NCBI GenBank assembly: GCA_013239625.1
Contig: MU053881.1
Location: 8,455,957-8,519,956 of the forward strand
Source: Lama guanicoe
Taxonomy: Eukaryota
Length of the DNA: 64,000 nucleotides
Reading direction: 5' to 3'
Made by a program: the position numbers and the translations under genes. Of this stretch, positions 50,590 through 62,559 are shown one piece after another (within the stretch, counting starts at the first letter, position 1; every line of letters begins with the position of its first letter). The notes under the pieces were generated by a model that was given only the letters and a program-made list of their open reading frames with translations, had not been told where the DNA came from and did no database searches.

Positions 50590-50820
50590 TAATGGCATGA
50601 GCTCTGGAGCCAGAGAACCTGAGTTTGAATCCCAGCTTTGCCACTTTCTAGCTGTGTGACCTTGGGCAAATTACTTAGCCTCTCTGTGCCCGACTTACTC
50701 ATCTCTAAATGAGGCTAGTAATAGTACCTCCGTCAGAGAGTTAGTGTGACAGTTAATTGAGCTAATAAATATAAAACACTTAGAGCAGGACTTGGCACTC
50801 AATAAAATCTTGGCTATTAT
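50590..50820 (+). mobile_element. Near full-length MIR nested in an opposite-strand MIR
   Basis: gctctggagccagagaacctgagtttgaatcccagctttgccactttctagctgtgtgaccttgggcaaattacttagcctctctgtgcc...cactcaataaa. The flanks (50480-50585, 50830-50900) are minus-strand MIR. Confidence 0.88.
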
Positions 50821-51914
50821 TTTACTACTCTTAGTCTTATTTGTATACAGTGAGGAAACCGAGGCTCACAGAGATGAAGTAGCTTGCCAAGCAAGTTAGA
50901 GGCCAAACTAATTCATAACATGATTTATGAATTTACGAACAAATTTTAGATTTATTGTAGTTCTTTGTAGGTTTCAGGAGGTAGCAGAAACCATGACTCC
51001 AGTGGGAGGACAGGAGGAAACAGAGGGAGGTATGTGGTCCCTATACCCTTCCTTAGATTCCTGTGAAATCTCTAATCTCACAACAGCCTGTCTTTTCCAG
51101 AGCCATCTCATGTTGCTTCTGTTGCTTTTGATTAGAACAAGCCTGACTTAAAGTAGATCCCCTCCAGCCGGAGCAGCGGGGAAGATGAGGGATGAGGGAA
51201 GGCCTCCTGGAGCAAGTGGTAACCCACGTGGCCTGAGAGGGAGGTAGGGCTACAGTGGACATTGGTGGGCATGGCCTGTGAAGGAGGTGGGGCTTCAGTG
51301 GAGGTGGGCAAAGCAGTTTGTTTGAGATCCGGACTAGAATCTGTTTAAGATTTCTGATACTTTGCAGAGCTTGTCTGGACAGAGAAGTGATGTCCAGCAG
51401 GAAGCCGGAAATGGGCACCTTTGGTTTCACGGAAGAGCAGGTGGTTGAAGGCTTGGGGACACAGGCCACCACTAGGGAGAAAACTGCAAAATGCCTTACT
51501 TTCCTAGATAAGAATGACCGCCAGTAAAAGGGGAGGGTTGGCAACACCATTAGATGCTACACGGAGGCCAAGGAAGATACCACTGCATTTCTCCTGGTGA
51601 CACTTCTGGAACTTTGCTCAGAGGAGGGGGCGTTGGAGGAAGAGGATGGAGGGTGAAGCAGAAATGGGGGCTGTGGGTATGGAACTCCTCTGTGTTCCTC
51701 AGAGAAAGGAGCATGGGGTGAGACTGAAGACCCACTTTTGGAAAGAGAACACCTGAGCACGCTCTACAAACATCCATGGATGCCTGAACAAAGGATGAGA
51801 TTTTTTGATGAGAGGACCAGGAAGCAGGCCAGGCTGTGGGAGAGGCTGAAGGCATTCTAGTCCTGGTCAGGTCTCTAGAATGACTTGCCATTTGGAACGA
51901 GTCTATTCTTTGAT

Positions 51915-52085
51915 CAATGCTTCTCAAACTTAAGCTGCTAACAAAATCACTTGGCGGTTCTTTTTATAAATGTGGAGTCTAGGTTTCACATAATCCAGAG
52001 ACTCCGACTGTGTTGACCAGGGCCAGGCCTGGGAATGTGCGTGTGAGTAACTCTTAGATGTTCAGATGCAGGTGGTTGATGGATC
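51915..52085. mobile_element. MER5-family MITE (degenerate)
   Basis: caatgcttctcaaactt...aatcacttgg...gcctgggaatgtgc...gatgcaggtggt. Confidence 0.6.
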
Positions 52086-53791
52086 ATGCTGCCTCATGGG
52101 AAGAACAGAGCGCCCTGGCCAAAGCCAAGGAAAAACACAGTTTGTTGCCGCCGCAGTGAGTGCCAGGACCTCCTGGAAATAAGAAAACCTGGTAGAAAAG
52201 GTGGAAGGGCGATCACTATAGATGGAGCCTACTTAGAGCTAAAAGCAAACTGCTCTTCTCACTACAGAACTTCTTATTTCTATAGCTTGACCTCTGGCAT
52301 CATTTACAAGGCCTATTATTTTTTAATACCATGTCCTCTTTATCTTCCTAATCTGTGAATGTTTTATGTTTGTATTATTTGTCTGTAAGCTCCATGAAGA
52401 TCAATGTCTGTCTTTGTTCACTGCTGTACCCACCTCAGCACAGTTCCCACCAGGAACCCAACACACAAACGTAATGACATTCTTTGTTTTCAGTTCTACG
52501 CAACATGCAACAGAAGTGGCAGGTAACTCGTGCAAGGCTGGAGCCACTTCAGACCTGAGATGACCCAATTGACTTCTAGTGAACCCGAAACAAACATCCT
52601 GAAGCACGTGCCACTGGGCAAGAAAGAATGCTGCAGACCAAGCCCACACGCCCTTCAGACACCAAAGCGTCCAAGGGACATTTGATTCTTGCTAAAGTCT
52701 CTCACGCCGAAGTAACAAGAGATGGGCCTCCCTTGAGCAGAACGGTCAATGAGGAGGGTGAGGCAAAGATGCTGACCACCACCATGGATGGAGGAGTGTT
52801 GGTCCGGGAAGGGATCGCAGGGATTTTGAAAAACCAACTGTGGTCAGAAAATAAGCATACTCACTCTGCTCACTGAGATGGACACCTGCTAAAGCAGAGC
52901 AGAGCACACAGAAAGGCCCGGCTCTCCAGCCAGACCTTGAGCAACTGAGCAAAGCTGCTACTCAAGGAGTCACAGCAGTAAAAGGCGTTCTGGTCTGAAT
53001 TGCCGGAACGAACTCAGCGTTGCTCTCCTCAACAGCCTAGCCTGGCCTAAACGGTGCATTGTGGGGACGGAGAGACAGATTTCGCATCCCAGTTCTGCCA
53101 TTTATTAGCTGTGCAATCACCAGCAAGTTTTCACCCGCCTGAGCCTCAGTATCCCCATCAGCAGAATGGACAGGGTAACAGTTCTCACCCCACAGAGATG
53201 CTAGGAGGATTAAACTGGAAGATGTACTCAAAGCACACAGCCCAGATCTTGGCACTACTGAGAGTCTTAGTAAGTGCCAGCTGTGATTAGCTCTCATCCA
53301 CAGGCTATGACCTACAGGGTGGTAACGTTTGCATTCCCCACTCTCTCGAAGTCTCCAGGACTCAGACGTGCACGTGAAAGCCAGACCTGGTTCTGCCAAG
53401 GGAGGGCAGAGGGCAGACGCCCAGCCCCCGAGCCTACAACTCCATAGTGGCTCAGACCAATTTATTTAAAAGCATGACTCCTGCAACGCGAGTGGAAAGA
53501 TTTTCACATTAAGGCAAAGATGAGCCCAAATCTCTTTGATACTTAACACATCAGGAAAGAAATAGCAAGACAGCTGTAGAAGAGGGGAAATGACCAAATA
53601 GAAAGGTGCCTGACATTCTCCAAATATCTGCTTCTCCCCCTCCCGTAACTATTTAATACTTCCTGAATCATCCTAATTTTCCCGAGTTGAACTGTCTAAC
53701 TTGTCCATTTTAAAGCCTTTTACAAGGTGCTTTCACATAATCTCATGCAAACTCCACAAGCACTTTGAGGAAGGGAGATTCTGACCTACCG

Positions 53792-53964
53792 TAGTGGTTC
53801 TCCAATTTGGCTGTGTACTTTAGAGTCAACGGGGGAAAGTCCTGTGCCCAGGCCATACCCCAGAGACCCATTAAACCAGATTCTCTGGGAGTGGGCTGGG
53901 CATGGATATTTCCAGCACTTCCCTTCTGGTGAGTCTGATGTGCAACTGAACTTGAGAATCACTG
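53792..53964. mobile_element. MER5-family MITE
   Basis: Terminal inverted repeats tagtggttctc / gagaatcactg; internal cccaggccataccccagagac...ggtgagtctgatgtgca. Confidence 0.8.
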
Positions 53965-54459
53965 ACTGATCCTCCTGCCCTCCCCAGATCCAGACACAAC
54001 CTCCTATTCTCTGTTGTGGAAAGGAGATCAAGGGTCATTATTTCCCCGTGAGAGAGTGATGGAGACTGGGGCTCAGGAAAGCCAAGGGGCTTCCTGCAAT
54101 GAAGAAGAGCCAGAAACGGAATCCAAAATTCCCAACTAGGGAGCCTTCGTTTCCTGGCTTGGTGTGGTCCTACTGTGTGTCAGCCACGGAGCTGCCCATT
54201 AACAAGAATGAAGATGCAGGTAGTCAGGCTGTCCTACTACAGCATCCAGTGTCACGGCGAGAGGGGTGGGGAAGGCCTTTCTACACTTCACTTGTGAGCT
54301 GAATCTTGATGCAAAGATGTCACGGGACGGTGGAGCCTGGCAAGGGAGGTGTGGAGATCCAGCTTGGACAGTAAGGGTTTGGTGTTAAAATGTTTGTAAG
54401 CCAATGAAGACCATTTCACCTGGCTGCATCTACCTGTGCTCAGAAGGTTCTTTAAACCA

Positions 54460-54587
54460 GGGGGAGGGTATAGCTCAGTGGTAGAGTGCATGCTTAGCAT
54501 GCATGAGGTCCTGGGTTCAATCCCCAGTACCCCCATTAAAAGAATAAAATAAATAAACCTAATTACCTCCCTGCCAAGATAATAATT
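54460..54587 (+). mobile_element. tRNA-Ala(AGC)-derived SINE (camelid Vic-1-like), 5' part of a SINE-L1 fusion
   Basis: 54464-54535 closely resembles tRNA-Ala-AGC (anticodon 54496-54498), followed by the same body as the other copies (aaataaataaacctaattacctccc). Confidence 0.92.
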
Positions 54588-54796
54588 TTTGAGATTTGCA
54601 AATATTAACTACTACACATAAAAATGGATGAAAAAACAGATTTCTTCTGTGTGGCACAGGGAACTATATTTAATATCTTGTAGTAACGTATAATGAAAAA
54701 GAATATGAAAATGAATATACGTATGACTGCAACATTATGCTGTACACCAGAAACTGACATGTTGTAACTGAATATACTTCAATTAAAAAAAAAAAA
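54588..54796 (+). mobile_element. L1 3' end with poly(A), abutting the SINE
   Basis: tttgagatttgcaaata...gcacagggaactatatttaatatcttgtagtaac...atgctgtacaccagaaactgaca...tatacttcaatt(a)12. Confidence 0.9.
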
Positions 54797-54870
54797 GGCT
54801 GTGCATACCTGGTTTTGGCCTGTGACCACTAACAAAATATCTTAAGTCATTCCAGCTGCAAACATTTGGC

Positions 54871-55055
54871 CAGTAGTTCCCAAACCTGACGGGGCAGCAA
54901 GACACCTGAGATGCTCCTTAAAAGACAGATCTCAAGGCTCCACCCCCAGAGTGTCTGATGAGTGGGTCTGAGATGGGACGGGACACTCTGCGTGTCTCAC
55001 AAGTTCCCAGTTGAAGCTGATATCCTGCTCTGGAACCCCACTTTGAGAACCACTC
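54871..55055. mobile_element. MER5-family MITE
   Basis: cagtagttcccaaacct...cccccagagtgtctgatgagtgggtctgagatggg...ccactttgagaaccact. Confidence 0.82.
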
Positions 55056-57864
55056 AGGCCTGGCGACCAGTAAGGAAGCTGAAGAAACACCTAGGGCCCT
55101 CCACTGGAGGCCAGCAAATGTATGTTGTTTTTTTTCATCAGCAGTGGAAATAAACCACTCAGGCTGGTTTTGAAACTTTTTGAGCTGTTAAGTTACCTCT
55201 TAATAGTCCTGTCTAGCAAAAGCCTTTATTTACTGGGAAGATGTGTATCTGCTAAAGTAGGATCAGTTTTTCCAGAAAAACAAGAAGAAAGTGATTTATG
55301 TCCAAAGGGAAAAAAAAAAATCTGGTGCTCAAAATATATGAACTGAGCAGAAACTATAGAACTGGGGGTCAAGCTGGCAAGCAGGCCTTCATCGCTGCGG
55401 TTGGAACTGTCTGGACAGTGCAACTTCAACATAATGAGAGATCTCTAATTTGATTCTGACCGAGCCTTTGAGGTGGCTTCTAATTTACTCTCATTTTGCC
55501 AGTGAAGAATTGAGGCTCAGGAGGGTTTTTGGAGCTTAACCAAGGTCAGAGAAGTGGCCAGTGACAAGGCTGAGATGTAAAATCCAAGTCGTGGTCGAGG
55601 AGAACAGCTGTGGACAAGGCCTCCGTGGAGGGCTGCTGTGAGGTTCTGAGAGGAGGGCCGTGCCTCTCCCCGACACCTCCCCGGCACTTCCTAGACCCGG
55701 GGCAGGGGGTGCGTGATAACAGAGCCCAGCTCCCCTTCCTCTGCCCTCAGCAAGGGCATCCTGACTCGGCACCAAGGAGAAACAGGGAAGGCTGTTCCCT
55801 CTGCCCCGCTCTGTGATCATGGATACATAACTCTATACATTCTCATGTTAAGGGAAGTTCCTCCTGGCTTCTGGAATCCCCTCGGACCTCCTGTTTCCCT
55901 GTGCTTTATTTCACGATGCAGGAGAATACCCTCCCGGACTCTGCCGCCGCTCAGGCTTTGGGTCAGCAAAAGGGCTAGAACAGAATCGCTCGTAGCATCA
56001 GCGCAATGCAGGTAAACTGCTTGCCCCTGAGACCACTGCCTTTAGCTCTCTTAGTCTAAGAAAGAGGGCCAGGTTACCTCACCTGCCTTCTTCAGTTCTC
56101 TTCTGTAAACAGGGATGAGATGGTACCCCAACTCCTCACCCCCTCCAGGTTACTGTGAGGAGTCAATAAATCAACTGTGAGCGGTCTGCAAAGCACCAGG
56201 CACACACCAGCAGCAGCATCTGTAGCAGACACAAACTTCCGGGCCCCACAGCAGCCCTACTGACTCCGGCTGGGGGTGGGGGGCGGGGGTGAGGCGGTGG
56301 GATTGGGGTTAACAAGTCCTCCAGGGGCTTCTGACGCTTCCCCATGTCAATCACTGCTCTAGAGCGTTAGCTTTGTGAGGACAGGATTTCTGTTGGCTGA
56401 ATCACCACTGAATCCCCAGTGCTGCAACAATGCCTGGCATTTTACAGATTATCCAACTACAGGCACTCAATAAAGATTTTAAAATGATCGAGTGAGTCCA
56501 GAGGAAACAGGAGGGGAAAGAGACCAAGGTTCAGAGAGCCTGGCATTTCTATTGGCACAGCTGGATGACTGTCTCTCACTAATTTGTAGTAAATGTTATG
56601 AGTCGGGGACTGTCTTGTGTCACCCCTGCTTTCCCAGCACTCAGTCCTGCACCCAGCTTATCCTAACAGGATCTGGGTAACACCCTATGGAAGGCACAAA
56701 GGTCTCCCCGATCCAAATCTCAGTTCACACCACAACTGCCAACGGCTGTCACAGATAATGCCATCTTCCTAAGATGGGTCAAAGAATTCGAGCAAATACC
56801 AAGCCTCCGGTCACGATGTAATTTATCTGTTTAACTGTTTGCCCGTCTCCCTCGCCCAAGGGTACAACCGGGACTGAGCAGGGACTTTGCTCTGATCCTC
56901 GGCGAGAGCAGTGGAGCCTGAAGCCCAGTAGGCACTCAATAAATACCTGCTGAGTGAATGGCCAACCCCTGGCTGGGTGGGACATGATAACTCCAGATGT
57001 CCTTCTGCAGAGCCACCAGGCTAAACTCAGCAGGTTACCTAAGAGCGCACGGGGAAGAACGGGGGAAGGGACAGGATATCAAAGCAGATACAGGTGAATC
57101 CCAGAGACCTCCTGTTCCCACATCAGTTCCCACATCAGCCGTTTCTGCTCAGCCACACCAGTGGCAATCCATTACCCCTCTTCACCACGGGACTGCCGGT
57201 GCCAGCTCACAGACAAGAGTCACTTCACTCCAGAAATTCCAAAGAAGGGCTTGCCTCCGATAAGACTAGGGGAGAAAGAATTTATTGGTTTATTTATACA
57301 ACGAGTGCCCCAAGGTGGTTTGCAAACTCTTGATGTCACCATGGCGCAGGTGAGCCCTGGTTCACCAGGAAGAAACCCGAGTTGGCCAGGAAGGGACCAT
57401 AGTTCTAGTTCCCCTCTCTACCAAAGCAAAGAAGGGTAAACCAGGCTACCTAGTGAGCGCTGCCATGGGAAAGCCTGGGGCGGACCAGGCACCGGGTTCA
57501 GACCCGACGTGGCTGATGTCATTTCATCTTCCCACAACCCTCGGGGGGGAGGTGGGTCCTACGCATACCTGTGTTTTACACAGTGGAGAGGGAACTTGTT
57601 CAAGGTGACTTATCATACTTAAATGACAGAAACAGATCTCCAGTCTTCTGGAGATCGTTATGACGGCCTTACCTACTGCAGGGAACAGGGTGGCAGGTCA
57701 AACCAACACTTGGCTGGAGCCACACAAACAGCTTTCTCCATCGTGAACAAGGGATATAGGCTGATAGGTGTGTTGCCTACTTCTCTGTAGTGAAAAAGGT
57801 CCCTCTTCCTTTGCTCCCCGCCTCTCTGCTCCTTTCCTCTCTCCAAATTCACTGAAAAAGACTG

Positions 57865-58075
57865 CCGCGGTGCAAAGAGTAAGGCTTTGAAGTCAGATGG
57901 GCCTAGATTCACATTCCAGCTCTGCCTCCTTCCACCTGTGTGACTGTGAGTTTGTCACTTGGCCATTCTCAGTCTCAGTTTCCCCATTTGTAAAAGGCCG
58001 GAAAAACAGCATGAGCAACAAACTGTGCTTGGCACGTGCCAGGTACTGGATAAAGATGACTTAAATGTAACTGTT
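57865..58075 (+). mobile_element. MIR SINE
   Basis: ggctttgaagtcagatgggcctagattcacattccagctctgcc...tctcagtttccccatttgtaaaa. Confidence 0.8.
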
Positions 58076-59839
58076 GTCACCGCCATGATCCCTAGGTGTG
58101 GGTTTGGGTTCTCACTGCTGGTGATGCAAATGCACTTGTAAGAAATTCATGGACTACATAGCTTCATGCTCACAGAGCCCTAACCACCCCAAAAAAAGCC
58201 ACGACCGATGCAGGATAGGAAGGCTGCCCCAGGGCCATCTCATCCTAGCAGCCCCCTGATGCCTGGATCTTCATACTTTATCCTTCCAAGTCAGGTACCA
58301 GTCAGTGGATCCTGAGGGCATCCCCGTGACAAATCAAACAAGTAACTGCCACTGGGCGGGGAGGAAGCCAGTGTGGGGACAGCCCGGCTGCCACCAAACC
58401 AGGCCCGGCAACAGCAGGCAGCCGGCTGGGGAAAGTCAGCAGCTGCCGCTGGCCTGGTGTCCCGGCTGCCAGAGTGATGAATGGAGCAGGGGGAAGAAAA
58501 AAGCCAACAAAGGTGTCCCTAATCTTGATGCAGCTTCATTTTTTTTTTTTCTGGCCGACCATTGAACGAGAACTTAAGCCTCGGTCCTTTTTCTTTGGCA
58601 GACATTTGAAACTGAAAGATCCCGTTTCTTCCCAATGGTGCGATGTCATGGGTAGAAGCAATGGTGGGCGGGGGCGGGGAGGGTATGTAACCCACCATGC
58701 TTGTCCTTTTTTCCCCTCCTCCCTGCCCAGCATCTTTATAGAATGTTCTGTGTTCTCCCCACTGGACAACAGCGAACGCCGCTCCCCGCCTCTTCTCCCC
58801 CACCCCCATTATTTTGGCAAGAGCGTTTCTGCTCAGGAGCTGGAGGCTTAATGGCCCGCTGGTGAAGGTTAAATAACAAAACACCACTGTATCCAGTTTC
58901 TGAGTTTTCTCTTCTTTTATCTCACTCTGAAACAGGGATTCAGGGCAGACAAGGGGCTTGTCAGCAGCAGCAACCAGAGCCTTTGGCTCTTCCACTGAAG
59001 GGTGTGCGGCCGGCTGGTCCTCTCCGTGCTGGGAATTTTTCTGCATGGACTCAGCCCAGATCCAGCCCCTCAGCCCTGTCCAAGGAGAAAGTACAGGAGA
59101 TGCCGTTTCTTCCAGGGAAGTGGGTTCCTCTTGTCCGGGGCCCCTCGCTGAGCTGATGGCAGAGGCTCATCACCCGGAGGCAGACGTGGCCAGAGAGAGC
59201 TCCCAACACTCAGCACGGACAGCCGACTGCCATGAAGTTGGCACCTCCGCAAATGCTGCTAAAACCTGAGCAAGGCTTCCTCCATCCAGAGTTCTGTAGC
59301 AACATGCCGGCCACCTTCCAACTCCCATTTATTCTAGCCTTGTCTCTCCTTATGTGCACCTGAGCCCGGCGTTCCAACCTTCCTAGTAACTAAGGCAACC
59401 TGATTCTCCTCTCTTCAAAAGGGCAGTCGTGCACAGCTACCAGGGATCCCAGGGGATTGGGGAATCAGGTCACTCTGGCAAGGCCAAAATCAGGGAGGGG
59501 TGGGGACAGAGAGTAGCTGCCTTGGCTACTAATTCCCTGGCCGTTGGGAGAATTTACCCAAGCGACTTGGGAATGGCTTTGAATTCCCTCCACACACTGG
59601 ATCCTTCAGCGTTTCTCTGCCTTCAGTGCTGTTCTCTCCCTCCTCCCAGAGCTCTGGTTAGCTGCCTGCTCCCAGAACATAGAGTTTGTGCTCAACAGTC
59701 TCCTAAGCCGCCATGTGGATCTCACTGGCTTCTCTGCTCAAGCCTCCAAGGCAACATTTTTCCCTGAGACCCACGGCAGGTTGGGTAACTTTCGAGCCCT
59801 GAAATGGCTCCAGCTAATTTGTGTGGATTCATGAGTTCA

Positions 59840-60055
59840 ACCGCCTGGGCTCCAATCCTGAGTCCATCACCTGCTGCTGGCGACCTTGAGCAAGTATAAA
59901 TACTTAACCTTTGTAAGCCTTTGTTTCCCTAGCTGAAGATGCAGGTAATAATACTTACATCACATGGTTGGCAAAAGGATTAAATGATGTCATAATATAA
60001 AACACTTAGTGCACAGCACAGAGTGCATATTCAGGAGATTTAGCATTACTATTCT
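59840..60055 (+). mobile_element. MIR SINE
   Basis: gaccttgagcaagt...acttaacctt...aggattaaatgatgtcataatataaaacacttag. Confidence 0.8.
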
Positions 60056-62495
60056 CTTACTCATTTGTAGGTTCCAAAGCCTCTTATTTCTTCTTGTTAT
60101 CTATCTTAGTGCTTTTTAACCTTCTTTCTTCATGAATGACATAAGATATTCCATGCACCGTAGACTCCCATGGAATGCACAGATCATAAACTCAAGCCTT
60201 GGAAGGAGAGGAAAAGCTCTCTAATAATTGTAAAGGCCCCAACTACAAGTATTGGTGGACCATTCAGAACAGAAGCATGGAGACTAGAGGTTTCGGGTAA
60301 ATTTCCTGGCAGGCTGGTTATAAGTCCCGCTTAAGAAAGCATGTCGGAATGTAAATTGGTGGAAAGTGACATTAGTCTGACCATAACCTTAAATCTATTT
60401 TAACTGATTATAAAAATAGTAATTCACTTGCAATTGCTGGTACTTCAACTGCTCAACATATAACACATTCTTATAACACAACTCAAATGACTGTGGCCCT
60501 AGGAAAGAAACTTGCTGATCTGTACATTCAAAAAGGATTATGAAAAATAACTCAACCACAAGCATAAACTATTCTCAGATGATTACAGTGGATGAGAAGA
60601 AACTGGGTCTGATTTTTAGGGAAAAGTTTACATGAGAGAAAGAGGAAAGGAGATCTCTACTGGAGGCTCAAGGTTGACATTTGCTGTGTGACCTTGGGCA
60701 AGTCATTTGTCTCTGAGTGTCAGTTTCATCCGTGAAGTGAGACGGCTGGACCATGTGACCAGAAAGGTCCATCCCAGCTACAAACTGCTTCAGAATTGGA
60801 TGGAGACTCTGTCTCCATTTGACTTCAGTGTTTACTAAGCACTTCCTAGTAAAAGCTAGAAGAACTGGCGTTCCCAAGTGTGTCCTGACTGCCAGGCTCT
60901 GTGCGAGCTGCCCTACCTGACTTGGCTTATTTAATGGCTTCTGTGCACCACCCCATCCTAGAGAAGACGAAACAGGGGCTCAGAGAGAATATATAACTTG
61001 GCAAGTAGCAGACCCAAGACGCCAGGATTCAAAGATTCAACCTCTCTCTGTTTTCTACACAGCTCTCTAGATAACCATGGCCAGAAGAGTAGCAGCAGGT
61101 AAGTGTAATCAGGCCTGTTCTGGCTCCATTCCCCAAGGCCAAATTCCTTAGGCAGTGGAGCAGAGGTCTGGATTCAGCAACGGATTCCCACAGGCAGCTC
61201 AGTGGTAAGAAATGTGGGCTCTGGAGTCAGAGTGCCTGCCATTGGCATTTCAGCACCTCAGAAGCTGAGTGGCTTTTCCCAAACTTAGCCCCCTGGAGCC
61301 TCAGGTTTCTCAGGTAGATAACCGTACCTATTCCCAGGGTCGTTAGGGAGATTAAAAGAAATCACCCGTGCAAAACTCTCAGCTGACTGCCTGAATACAG
61401 GAAAGGCTCAATCATGAGGTCCCACCTAGCTCACAGGAGGGCACGCACGTAGTAATGAGCAGTTTCTCAGCTGCTCTATGGCAGGGGTTATGACTCCGGG
61501 GTGCGAGAACCCCCTGAAATTATTTGCCAAAAACTATGTTCATGATTTTCTTCGGGAAACGTCCTTAACTTCTGCCAGATTCTTCTAAGGGGTCTGCAAC
61601 CAGAAGGAGGCTAAGGTCTTTTCCCTGCTGTTGACCCAGCACCTTACAACACGAAATTAAACCTGAGATAACAGGGCTGGCAAAAGCTCCTCCTCAGATC
61701 ATGAGAGAAGTTTCTGGGGCCTGTCAGCAGGGCCTCCAGCACGTATCACACAGACCCACAAACGGGGCCCACCGCGTTCCCAGGTGCCTCCTAGAAGGTC
61801 TGAACACAAACCACCGCACGAGCAGGAATCAGGCTTCAGGAACCTTCTCTGGCAGGGCCAGTTCCAACAATCCATTCTTCCTCTGAGAACAATCGGTGTA
61901 TTTGTTTTTGCATACCACGGAGTTGAATACACACGGAATGCTGGCCCTTTGCTGGGAGCTCCCAGAAGCAGCCGGGGTTATTTGGCCAAAGGAAAAACCG
62001 CTCCAGGCCTCGTCTGCAGCACCTGACTTCCCACTACCCCGTCACCTTCCCAGACGGGCCCTGCCTCCAGAACCCACATTCCTAACCACTCAGCTGCCCT
62101 CGGAGCCTTTGGCCCAGTGGGCAGGGCCCAGGCTGCCCACTGGCCCCTCTCCGGTTGTTGGGACAACCGTCCTGAGGAATTTCGGCCTCCCAGTCTTCCC
62201 CTGGGTGAGAAGGGGAGAGAGCTGGCAGGGCTGGCAGCCCCCTGGTGAAAGGGGAGGCCGCGAGCTGGATTCCCTACCCCCAGCGGCCTCCATGCCGGAC
62301 AGCACACAAACCAGCTCAGCCCCAGAGGGAGGAATGTGCCAAGACATTCTTCAGGGCTGGTAACCCGAGACGCTATTTTGTTCTTCTTGGTGGCTAAGAA
62401 ATCACTTTTTGGACTGAAGGACCATTTGACTGACTTCTTTCAAATACAGGGGAATGGGCTGGTAATGCAGGTAAGGAAAAAGCCGACACAAATGG

Positions 62496-62516
62496 GCATG
62501 CGCACGCGCGTGCGCG

Positions 62517-62557
<41 letters not shown>
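62496..62557. repeat. Compound (CG)n-(CA)n alternating purine-pyrimidine tract
   Basis: gcatgcgcacgcgcgtgcgcgcgcgcgcgcacaca...cac, 62 bp of unbroken RY alternation. Confidence 0.95.

Positions 62558-62559
<2 letters not shown>

Noticed and set aside
54464..54535. Bona fide tRNA-Ala gene
   Set aside because: Followed by the SINE body shared with two TSD-flanked copies; lacks G3:U70 and has an acceptor mismatch.
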